A stretch of DNA of 64,000 nt. Origin: Candidatus Omnitrophota bacterium (GTDB lineage Bacteria > Omnitrophota > Gorgyraeia > 1-14-0-20-64-10). Within the stretch, counting starts at the first letter, position 1; each line of letters opens with the position of its first letter. The stretch lies in the NCBI GenBank assembly GCA_016177405.1, contig JACOVG010000004.1:18674-82673 (forward strand), read 5' to 3'. Made by a program: the position numbers and the translations under genes. Positions 1 through 7,826 of the stretch are shown here, in pieces. The notes below the pieces were generated by a model that had not been told where the DNA came from, made no database searches, and saw nothing but the letters and a program-made list of their open reading frames with translations.

Positions 1-107
1 AGGTCCACCAGCTCGCGCGCCGTGGAGTCCTGGGGCAGTGAAAGGGTAAGCTCCGAGAGCCCCACGCGGTCCGCCAACTGGGCGAAAACGAGCACCTTAA
101 CGGTCAT
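1..107 (-). CDS. moaD: Molybdopterin synthase sulfur carrier subunit (5' part only, runs off window)
   Basis: Manual translation from ATG at 107: MTVKVLVFAQLADRVGLSELTLSLPQDSTARELVD. Typical MoaD N-terminus, at the end of the Moco operon. Confidence 0.8.
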   Translation of the reverse strand, partial: MTVKVLVFAQLADRVGLSELTLSLPQDSTARELVD

Positions 108-567
108 GGTTGGCTGCAAAATCGGCAATTCGTTCAAGCTCCTTCGGAAGCAGCCCGGCCGGGTCCACGCCGACCAAGGCAAGACCTCGGCCAATCGTGA
201 GACGCCTTCCCTTCTTGGGCTCAAGCCGAATGGCCGGACGTCCCAATTCTTTCTTGAAACCCTCCACGAGAATCAGATCCACGCGCCCCTTCATGAGGGT
301 GACGGCCCGCGCCAAGGGGATCTCCTCGGAAGTCTGAAAGACCCAGGCCGCCTGCCTGGGCGAGATCACGGCCACCACCCCGGCGCCGGCCCGGGTGTGG
401 CGCCAGCTGTCCTTGCCGGGGTGATCCATCTCAAAACCGTGGTGCGCGTGCTTGACGGTGCCGACCCGCAGGCCTTTGGAACGCAAGCGGGGGATCAGCT
501 TCTCGATCAAGGTGGTCTTGCCGGAGCCGGAGGAGCCGGCCACGCGCACCACGCAAGGCTTAGCCAT
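97..567 (-). CDS. mobB: Molybdopterin-guanine dinucleotide biosynthesis protein B
   Basis: GSSGSGKTT P-loop, VKHAHHGFEMD..GKDSWRH, DLILVEGFK; start moved to ATG 567. Confidence 0.9.
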   Translation of the reverse strand: MAKPCVVRVAGSSGSGKTTLIEKLIPRLRSKGLRVGTVKHAHHGFEMDHPGKDSWRHTRAGAGVVAVISPRQAAWVFQTSEEIPLARAVTLMKGRVDLILVEGFKKELGRPAIRLEPKKGRRLTIGRGLALVGVDPAGLLPKELERIADFAANHDR

Positions 568-1771
568 TGAATAAAAGAACCTCCACGGTTTTTCCTGCCG
601 GAATGAAGGGGCAATCCTCCGGCGCCACCACAAAGGCATTGGCCTGGGCGAGGGCCTGCATCATGGCGGAGCCCTGCTTCTCGGTGGGGGCCGCTTCCAG
701 GAAGCCGTCGCTTCCGGCCGACACCCGGGCCGTCAGGAAATGTCTTCGGTCATCCTTCTTGTGAAGATCCTGGGTCAGGCGCGCCTTGGCGTATCTGGGC
801 TTCGCCCGCGGTTTTCCTTCCAGCCGGCGGATGAGCGGCTCAATAAAGATGAGGAAGCCCACCACGCACGAGATGGGGTTTCCGGGAAGCCCAAAGATCC
901 ACGTGGGGCCCAGGCGCCCGCACAAGAGGGGCTTGCCTGGCTTCATCGCCACCTGCCAGAAGAGGGTTTCCATTCCGAGCTCCCGCAAGACCTGTTTCAC
1001 ATGGTCATGGGAGCCCACCGAAACCCCGCCGGAAACCAGCAAGAGATCTCTTCCCAATCCCGTCCGAATTTGTTTGGTGATGGCGGCGGGATCGTCGGGG
1101 ACAACCCCCAAGTCATCGCAGGTACTGCCCCCTGCTCTAAGCAGGCTTTTCAGGGTAATCCGGTTGCTGTCGTAAATTTGTCCCGGCCTGAGGGGAGCGC
1201 CTGGGGCGGCCAGCTCGCTCCCTGTGGCCAAGAGACTCACCCTGGCGCGCCGATGGACCGGCACCTCCCGGATCCCCGCCGAGGCCAGAAGGGCCAGGCG
1301 CTGGGGGTTGAGCCTTAGGCCCGGCTCAAGGAGCACCTGGCCGCGGCGCACATCCTCTCCTTGACGGCGCACATGCCTGCCGGGGTCAACCGGCCCGCGG
1401 ATCTCCACCGCGCCGTCGCGCAGCCGCCCATCCTCCAGCATCAGGACCGAGTCGGCGCCCGGCGGAAGCGGCGCGCCGGTCATGATCTTGACCGCCGTCC
1501 CTGGGGCCACCGGTTTGTCTTGCCAGCCGCCCGCGGCCACCTCGCCCGCCACCGGCAGCTTCACCGGGCGCTCGGCCCTGGCCGTTTGGGTCTCGCCGGC
1601 ACGCAGGGCGTAGCCGTCCATCGCCGAGTTGTCAAAGGGAGGCAGGTCGATGGGCGCGGTGATGGGCTTGGCCAAGACAAAACCTTCCGCCGCCTCCAAG
1701 GGCAGAGGCTCGGCGGCCAGCGGTTCAATCCGCTCTTCGATCCTTCGCCAGGCCTCTTCCACGGAGATCAC
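560..1771 (-). CDS. moeA: Molybdopterin molybdotransferase
   Basis: PPFDNSAMDGYA, IMTGAPLP, SGGVSVG, MKPGKP, GLPGNP; GTG start overlaps the upstream TGA. Confidence 0.95.
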   Translation of the reverse strand: MISVEEAWRRIEERIEPLAAEPLPLEAAEGFVLAKPITAPIDLPPFDNSAMDGYALRAGETQTARAERPVKLPVAGEVAAGGWQDKPVAPGTAVKIMTGAPLPPGADSVLMLEDGRLRDGAVEIRGPVDPGRHVRRQGEDVRRGQVLLEPGLRLNPQRLALLASAGIREVPVHRRARVSLLATGSELAAPGAPLRPGQIYDSNRITLKSLLRAGGSTCDDLGVVPDDPAAITKQIRTGLGRDLLLVSGGVSVGSHDHVKQVLRELGMETLFWQVAMKPGKPLLCGRLGPTWIFGLPGNPISCVVGFLIFIEPLIRRLEGKPRAKPRYAKARLTQDLHKKDDRRHFLTARVSAGSDGFLEAAPTEKQGSAMMQALAQANAFVVAPEDCPFIPAGKTVEVLLFNG

Positions 1772-2502
1772 GCGAACACCGCCTTGATTGCCGCGACCGC
1801 TAAGACGACCGCCAGCAGCCGGCGCAGGGCCGCTCCTGAAAAGCGCCGCGCTCCCAGGCGGGAACCGAGAAGACCGCCCGCGCACGCCACAACCGTAAGC
1901 CCAAGCCATGGCCCAGCCAGAGACAGCCCCTGCGCCGAGCGCCCCATCAACCCAGCCACGGAGTTGACCAGGATGAAGAAGGCGGAGGTCGCGGAGGCCT
2001 GCTTGGGGCTGGCCCATTTCTTAAAGAGAAGCAGGGGAGACAAGAAGATCCCTCCGCCAATCCCAACCATCCCTGACAAGAACCCCACCCCGGCACCTGA
2101 AGGAAGCGCCACCGCGAGGGACGGCGCTGCCTGGGCCGTTGATTCCGGAAGTTTGATCCACAGCCGCCAGGCGGCCGCCGCAAGAACCCCGGCCAAAAGC
2201 CACTCGTAGGCCCCCGGCGATATCCGGAGCCATCCGCCCATCCAAGCGGCAGGAACCGAGGCCGCGGCAAACGGCCAGGTGAGCCGCAGGGAGAGATGGC
2301 CTGCCCTGGTGAAATGAAAGAGGGCGATCCCGGAGACAAGGCAGTTCAGCACCAGGGCGCTGGCCGCCATCGCGGCAGGGGGAAGCGACATCCAAGAAAG
2401 AACAGCCAGGTATCCGCTTGCCCCGCCGTGGCCCACCGCCGAATAGAGGAAGGCCACGAAAAAGATGCCGGGTAAAACCGCCCAGGGAAAACTACTGTCC
2501 AT
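1768..2502 (-). CDS. TSUP/TauE-SafE family transporter
   Basis: Multi-TM; VGHGGASGY and GMVGIGGGIFLSP motifs. Confidence 0.85.
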   Translation of the reverse strand: MDSSFPWAVLPGIFFVAFLYSAVGHGGASGYLAVLSWMSLPPAAMAASALVLNCLVSGIALFHFTRAGHLSLRLTWPFAAASVPAAWMGGWLRISPGAYEWLLAGVLAAAAWRLWIKLPESTAQAAPSLAVALPSGAGVGFLSGMVGIGGGIFLSPLLLFKKWASPKQASATSAFFILVNSVAGLMGRSAQGLSLAGPWLGLTVVACAGGLLGSRLGARRFSGAALRRLLAVVLAVAAIKAVFA

Positions 2503-3004
2503 CGTGGGATTTCCCTTCCACCATCTGGAGGGCGTGCGGCAAGAGGGGCAGGAGAACCTTCAGGCACTCCCGAACCCCTCGTGGAGAGCCGGGGAGATTG
2601 ACGATGAGCGTCTTTCCGCGCTGGCCGGCCGCGGCCCTGGAAAGCCAGGCCTTGGGGTTTCGCCTGGCCGTCTCCACCCGCATCGCCTCGGGCAGGCCGG
2701 GGATCGGCCGGTTCACCACCGCCCAAGTGGCTTCGGGGGTGACGTCCCGGGGCCCGAGGCCGGTGCCGCCGGTCGTCACCACCAGCGCCAGTTTCAGGCG
2801 GTCGGAAAAATCAATGAGGCACTTTTCAATCCTTCGGCGCTCATCGGGGATGAGGGCCGTTTGAGCAACGGCGAATCCCGCCTTCTCCAAAATCTTCTGG
2901 ATGAGCCCGGTGGCGGTATCGGCCCGTTTTCCCAGGGAGCGGCTGTCGCTGACCGTGACGATTCCCGCCACTAAACCGTCGGCGGGCAGGCCCGCTTGCC
3001 TCAT
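2492..3004 (-). CDS. mogA: Molybdopterin adenylyltransferase MogA/MoaB
   Basis: TVSDS, TTGGTGLGPRDVTPEAT, NLPGSP; start moved to ATG 3004. Confidence 0.9.
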   Translation of the reverse strand: MRQAGLPADGLVAGIVTVSDSRSLGKRADTATGLIQKILEKAGFAVAQTALIPDERRRIEKCLIDFSDRLKLALVVTTGGTGLGPRDVTPEATWAVVNRPIPGLPEAMRVETARRNPKAWLSRAAAGQRGKTLIVNLPGSPRGVRECLKVLLPLLPHALQMVEGKSHDGQ

Positions 3005-3447
3005 CCGCGCCTCCAAGTTCCGCTCTTTCCGCCGGATTTGCTCGTAAGAAGCAACCGGCGGATCACGATGCCGCGCTCTAAGCCCTTCAGCATGTCGTAG
3101 ACCGTCAAGGCAGCCACCGCCGCGGCGGTCATCGCCTCCATCTCCGGCCCGGTGGGGGCCGTGGTGATGACCTCGGATTCGATCACCACCGCCCGCGAGG
3201 TAAGATTGCAGCGCACCTGAATTTGACTGACAGGAATCGGGTGGCACAGCGGGATAAGGTGGGCTGTCTGTTTGGCCGCCAGGATTCCGGCGGCCTGCGC
3301 CGCGGGGATCACCTCCCCCTTGGGAACCCTTCCGGCCCGCAGGGCTTTCAAGGTCGCGGGTTTCATGACGAGCTCACAGCGGGCCGCCGCCTTCCGGACG
3401 GTCGCCGGCTTGGCGCTCACATCGGCCATCCGAATCTGGCCGCGCAT
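3001..3447 (-). CDS. moaC: Cyclic pyranopterin monophosphate synthase
   Basis: MADVSAK, LIPLCHP, TGPEMEAM, YDMLK. Confidence 0.95.
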   Translation of the reverse strand: MRGQIRMADVSAKPATVRKAAARCELVMKPATLKALRAGRVPKGEVIPAAQAAGILAAKQTAHLIPLCHPIPVSQIQVRCNLTSRAVVIESEVITTAPTGPEMEAMTAAAVAALTVYDMLKGLERGIVIRRLLLTSKSGGKSGTWRRG

Positions 3448-3450
3448 CCC

Positions 3451-4434
3451 CTACCCTCCCACTCCCGCCATGCACAGCCGCGCGGATCCGGTCTCGCGCC
3501 GAAACATCCCGTGCATTTCAGGTTTTGCCGCCACGGCCCGAAGGATTTGTTTGGCCAGCCGCGCCGCGTCGACCTTGGGCCGCAGCGCCTCTTTAAGATC
3601 AACGGCGGAATCGTCGTCCAGGCAGGGCCTCAACTGGCCGGAAGCGGTCAGCCGCAGGCGGTTGCATCCGGCGCAGAAGGCCTGGGTCACCGCGCCGATC
3701 ACCCCGACAGTCCCCTTCGCCCCGGCCCATCGAAACGTTCGGGCAGGGCCGCAGCCGGCCGCGGGCTCGGCCGGCTCAAGCGGTCCCAGGGCCGTCAGGC
3801 GCTCCAGGATCTCCCGGGAGCTGACCAGACGCTCTCGGGTGAAGTATTCACCGATGGGCATCAGCTCGATGAAGCGGACATGCAGGGGCCGCTCCCAGGC
3901 CAGGCGGGCCATGGGGACGATCTCATCGTCGTTTACCCCGCGCATGACCACGACGTTGATCTTGACCGGGGCAAGCCCCGCCTCCAAAGCGGCCTCGATT
4001 CCGGCTAAGACATCGTCGATCTTCCCGAAGCGGGTGACCGCGGCGAAGCGCTGGGGGTCCAGGGTGTCCAGGCTGACGTTGACCCGTTTTAATCCCGCGC
4101 GGGCCAACACGCCGGCCTGCCGCGCGAGGAGAACGCCGTTGGTGGTCAGGGCCAGGTCCCTCAAGCCGGGCACCTGGGCCAATCCGGCAACCAGATCGGT
4201 GAGCCCTGGCCGAAGAAGGGGCTCCCCTCCGGTCAAACGCACCCGGGTCAACCCCAGCTCGGCCCCCGCCCGGACCACCTCAAGGATCTCTTCAAAACGG
4301 AGGATCTCCTGGCGGGGCAGCCAGGAAACGGGTTCTCGCGGCAGGCAATAAACGCAGCGAAGGTTACAGCGGTCGGTGACCGAGATCCGAAGATACTCGA
4401 TCCGCCGGCCGAAGGAATCCAAAAGCGGCTTCAT
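3451..4434 (-). CDS. moaA: GTP 3',8-cyclase
   Basis: LRISVTDRCNLRCVYC, FCAGCNRLRLT, C-terminal GG; ATG 4434 follows GAAAGGAG. Confidence 0.95.
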   Translation of the reverse strand: MKPLLDSFGRRIEYLRISVTDRCNLRCVYCLPREPVSWLPRQEILRFEEILEVVRAGAELGLTRVRLTGGEPLLRPGLTDLVAGLAQVPGLRDLALTTNGVLLARQAGVLARAGLKRVNVSLDTLDPQRFAAVTRFGKIDDVLAGIEAALEAGLAPVKINVVVMRGVNDDEIVPMARLAWERPLHVRFIELMPIGEYFTRERLVSSREILERLTALGPLEPAEPAAGCGPARTFRWAGAKGTVGVIGAVTQAFCAGCNRLRLTASGQLRPCLDDDSAVDLKEALRPKVDAARLAKQILRAVAAKPEMHGMFRRETGSARLCMAGVGG

Positions 4435-4437
4435 TCT

Positions 4438-4570
4438 TCTCCTTTCCAAGCACGAGGAGGCCGAATCGTTTCCTCATCGGCCCGTCCGCCAACGATCTGT
4501 GGCGGAAGGGGCCCCTGCGCCGTGCCGGCCAAGACTTTTTTGGCGGGGTTAGGCCCAGAGGCTCGGAGAT
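4438..4570 (-). ncRNA. Moco riboswitch (moaA leader)
   Basis: Minus strand reads CUCCGAGCCUCUG..CCUAA..ACGG..[P3 hairpin]..GGCCGA-UGAGGAAACGAU-UCGGCCUCC..UUGGAAAGGAG, closely resembling the E. coli moaA leader; P1 includes the SD. Confidence 0.85.
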
Positions 4571-4627
4571 ATCCTAACGATCAAGCCAAATGGTACGTCA
4601 AGCGAAAGGAAGAGACTATGACCCAGA

Positions 4628-5620
4628 TCATATTATCCGGATGGCGGCGGGCTGGTTCACCGCCTCGCACGCCTTCACGCAAATCCCGCAGCCGTCGCAG
4701 GCCGAGGCAACGATGACCGGCCGGCGGCTATCCAGAAGGATTGCCTTTTCCCGCAGGGGACAACGCAGATGGCAAAGCTGACAATCCACCCCTGACCAGG
4801 CCAGGCAGCGCGCGACATCCAAGACCGCCAGCCGTTGACCGGTTTTGGGGCCGGCCGGATCTGAAAAAAGGCCTCTCACGCCGGCCGCCAGCTCCTGGGG
4901 TGCCCGCCGCAGAAAGGTCCGGCGGTCCATTCCCGCGCCTGATTTGTCCCGCGCAGTTTTCGCCAAGGCCAGAAGCTCTTCCTGGGTCCAATGCTCGCGT
5001 CCTGTGACCACCTCAGAGAGCCCGTTCAGCTTTCGGTGTCCGGCCTCGCCGGGCGCGGTGGGCCAGCCGCGCCGCTTCATTCGGGCAGCCATCCACAGGT
5101 CCCACAGCAGCCGGAACCTCTCCCGGATCAGCTCATCCTCCATGGGGCTTTCCCCGCCGATGGTTCGCCGGCGGTCATAGGCGAAGGCGGGGTCGAGCAT
5201 GTCGTCGGCGCGCATCAGCTCCTTCCTAAGGAAGGTCATAAGCCCCGGGCGGTCCAGGAAGCGTTCCGGCGGCAGCCCGACAAGAAGAAGCGCCGCGGAC
5301 CCTTTTGAAACGAAGAGCTCGCAGTCCTCGGCCTTGCGGCTCTCGGAGCTTCGCACCGATACCCGCCGGAGGCGCCCGTCAAGTCCGGGGAATTCCCGGA
5401 GGCGCCCCGTGAAGAGCTCTTCCAGACCCATCCCCCGGAAGGTTTGGGCCGCGAGATCCGTGAAGGCTTCTTCCCGGCCTTCTTTTCTCTCATAGATCAA
5501 ATCCCGCTTCTCATGAAAATCTTTGAGGGGCGCGGGGTTGCCCGAGGCCTCCTGATCCTTCAAGACCAGGAAAACGGCCTCCTCCATCAGCTCCGGATCC
5601 ATGTGGAGCTCCGGCATCAT
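4628..5620 (-). CDS. Hypothetical domain fused to C-terminal NapF/NapG-like 4Fe-4S ferredoxin
   Basis: C-terminal CLAW..DCQLCHLRCP and CDGCGICVKAC; internal MDRRTFLRR. Confidence 0.7.
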   Translation of the reverse strand: MMPELHMDPELMEEAVFLVLKDQEASGNPAPLKDFHEKRDLIYERKEGREEAFTDLAAQTFRGMGLEELFTGRLREFPGLDGRLRRVSVRSSESRKAEDCELFVSKGSAALLLVGLPPERFLDRPGLMTFLRKELMRADDMLDPAFAYDRRRTIGGESPMEDELIRERFRLLWDLWMAARMKRRGWPTAPGEAGHRKLNGLSEVVTGREHWTQEELLALAKTARDKSGAGMDRRTFLRRAPQELAAGVRGLFSDPAGPKTGQRLAVLDVARCLAWSGVDCQLCHLRCPLREKAILLDSRRPVIVASACDGCGICVKACEAVNQPAAIRII

Positions 5621-6372
5621 CCCGATTTCTCCTGGTCATTTGAGCAGGCCGCGCAGCCGGGCGTTTCCTCCTGCGGGAGCCTTAACGGCAGATCGTGCGA
5701 CCCGGTGGACACTCCCATCCGCGCGCACTCCCCAACGAGCCACGCGAGGGTCAGGTTGGCTGTCAGCTCCAGAAGGCTTCCCTCCGCCGCCCGGGAGAGC
5801 CGCGAGGCAAAGGCGCTCCCCCAGCGGCCCAGATGATCGGCCAGGAACTGCCGGGCCGCTTCACGGCTAAGCTGGGCGCGCTCCTCTTGGCCCTCGTCCA
5901 AGGCCAGGGCCTCCTTATAAAGGAGAAAGGCCATGAACTCGCATTCGGCCGCGATGTGGTCGGCCCGCTCGTGGGAGAGCCTCGAGACCTGCAGACCGAA
6001 GGCCTGGTAGAAGGCGCAGATGTCCCCCAGCTCCTGCGGCTGGCGGTGGCTGTGGGGCTGGCCGTACTCCAGCTCATACGGAGGGGCCGCCGAATGGACC
6101 GAGTGCCCGAAAACCCTCTCGTGCTGGGCGGTCCACTCTTCGAGGGAAGCCGCCCGAAGCGCCTCGATCAGGCGGCGGGCGGCGCCGGCGAGGCCGGCCT
6201 GGAAAAACTCCGCCACCTCGGCCAGCTTTCGGGGTTCGTCTCCGGCAAGCCACCGGGCCGTTTCCTCGTCCGGGTGGCGCAGGAGGAGAGCCAGCGCCTG
6301 GTAAACGGCGCTCCTGGCCAACAGGATCGAAAGAGCTTCAGATGGAATTTTGGTGGCTGTTGGGGCGGACAT
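5617..6372 (-). CDS. TorD/DmsD/NarJ-family molybdoenzyme chaperone
   Basis: PPYELEY, DICAFYQAFGL, ERADHIAAECEFM, FLADHLGRW. Confidence 0.9.
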   Translation of the reverse strand: MSAPTATKIPSEALSILLARSAVYQALALLLRHPDEETARWLAGDEPRKLAEVAEFFQAGLAGAARRLIEALRAASLEEWTAQHERVFGHSVHSAAPPYELEYGQPHSHRQPQELGDICAFYQAFGLQVSRLSHERADHIAAECEFMAFLLYKEALALDEGQEERAQLSREAARQFLADHLGRWGSAFASRLSRAAEGSLLELTANLTLAWLVGECARMGVSTGSHDLPLRLPQEETPGCAACSNDQEKSG

Positions 6373-7576
6373 GGAAGGGCTCCTCCACCTGGGTGCGGAC
6401 CAGCTCTTGGCCGCCTTCACCGTAGCCGATCACCGTGTCGTTGTAGAGGCTGAAGGGTTTTCCGTGAATGACCGTCTCATAAACCTTGGGACCCTCCTGG
6501 ATCTCGTAGCGGAAGATGATCCGGTTGGTCCTCCGGAAAAGCTGAAGCACTGCCAGAAGCTCCCGGCTGGGGGCGCGATAGCTTTCGATCGCGGCGTCCA
6601 CCCCGGGGCCGAACATCTGCTTCAAATAGCCGCGGGGCACCCAGCGCGGCGGGATGTAGTAGCCGTTGGGAGCAGTGCCAAACTGCGGGTACAGCGGCAG
6701 GGCGACCTTGGCCACCTTGACCAGGTAGTAGATTGGGTTGTAGCGGTCCTCGGCCCAGCCTCCATCCTGGTCAAGCCGGACCAGCCCCTGCAGGCGGATC
6801 TGCCCGATGCAGGAGGCCATGCAACGGGTCTCCATGGGCACCCCGCCCGTCTCCGGGTCCTTGCCCTCGACGCGGGGGTAGCAGGCAATGCACTTTTCGC
6901 TCACGCGGGTGCTGGCGCGGTACATCGCCTTCTTGTAGGGACAGGCCTCCACGCACTTGCGGTAGCCGCGGCAGCGCTCTTGGTCGATCAGGACGATGCC
7001 GTCCTCGGGCCGCTTGTAGATCGCCTGGCGCGGGCAGGCGGCCAGGCACCCGGGGTAGGTGCAGTGGTTGCACAGCCGGGCCAGATAAAAGAACCAGGTC
7101 TTGTGCTCCGGCAGTGAAACCCCTTCCTTGTGGAACTCCATCGGCTTGCCCGGTTCTCCCACCGGGGTATCCTCGTAAATATTGGGGAAACGCCACTCCT
7201 CATCGGTAGGCAGGTACCCCAAGACCCTCTGGGGCTGCGGCCCCACACGACGCTCGGCCGCCTCGAAGATCGTCTTGCCCTGGTAGACGCCATTTTCCCA
7301 GCGCTGGGTCTCGCCGCTGGCCTCCTCCAGCATCTTCAGGATCTTCACGTCCCAGAACTGGGGATAGCCGCCGTAGGGTTTGGTCTCGACGTTGTTCCAC
7401 CACATGTACTCCTGTCCCTTGGAAAAGGTCCAGGTGGACTTGCAGGCCATCGTGCAGGTCTGACAGCCGATGCAGCGGTTCAAATTGAAGACAAAGGCGA
7501 ACTGCCGCTTGGGGAAGGCCGCCTCGTAGGGGTACGACATCCGGCGGCCAAGCTGCCAGTTAAAGACCTTGGGCAT
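6338..7576 (-). CDS. nxrB: Nitrite oxidoreductase/nitrate reductase beta subunit (periplasmic NXR type)
   Basis: CIGCQTCTMAC, WWNNVETKPYGGYP, CNHCTYPGCLAACP, CRGYRKCVEACP, PQFGTAPNGYYIPPRW. Confidence 0.88.
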   Translation of the reverse strand: MPKVFNWQLGRRMSYPYEAAFPKRQFAFVFNLNRCIGCQTCTMACKSTWTFSKGQEYMWWNNVETKPYGGYPQFWDVKILKMLEEASGETQRWENGVYQGKTIFEAAERRVGPQPQRVLGYLPTDEEWRFPNIYEDTPVGEPGKPMEFHKEGVSLPEHKTWFFYLARLCNHCTYPGCLAACPRQAIYKRPEDGIVLIDQERCRGYRKCVEACPYKKAMYRASTRVSEKCIACYPRVEGKDPETGGVPMETRCMASCIGQIRLQGLVRLDQDGGWAEDRYNPIYYLVKVAKVALPLYPQFGTAPNGYYIPPRWVPRGYLKQMFGPGVDAAIESYRAPSRELLAVLQLFRRTNRIIFRYEIQEGPKVYETVIHGKPFSLYNDTVIGYGEGGQELVRTQVEEPFHVRPNSHQNSI

Positions 7577-7826
7577 GACAAACCTCCTGAATGACGGCAT
7601 CCACATACGCATCCCCCTTTTGCCTCCAGACCAGATGCGGCCCGCGGTAGAAGGGGTTCCTGAACATGGCGCGCAGCTTCTCCCGCGGCCAGCCGGAGCG
7701 CAGGAATTCCTCCGCGAAGGTGACGGCCATCTCCTTGAGGGAGGCCTCGTCCGGCGCCGGGAGCACGATGCCGGTCAGCTCCATCGGGTCGTCCGGCTCC
7801 GGTTCCTTCAGCGGGATGGCCATCAC
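7560..7826 (-). CDS. Small hypothetical protein between alpha and beta subunits
   Basis: 88 aa, overlaps both neighbours; DDPMEL..EEF..FRNPFYRGPH. Confidence 0.75.
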   Translation of the reverse strand: MMAIPLKEPEPDDPMELTGIVLPAPDEASLKEMAVTFAEEFLRSGWPREKLRAMFRNPFYRGPHLVWRQKGDAYVDAVIQEVCHAQGL

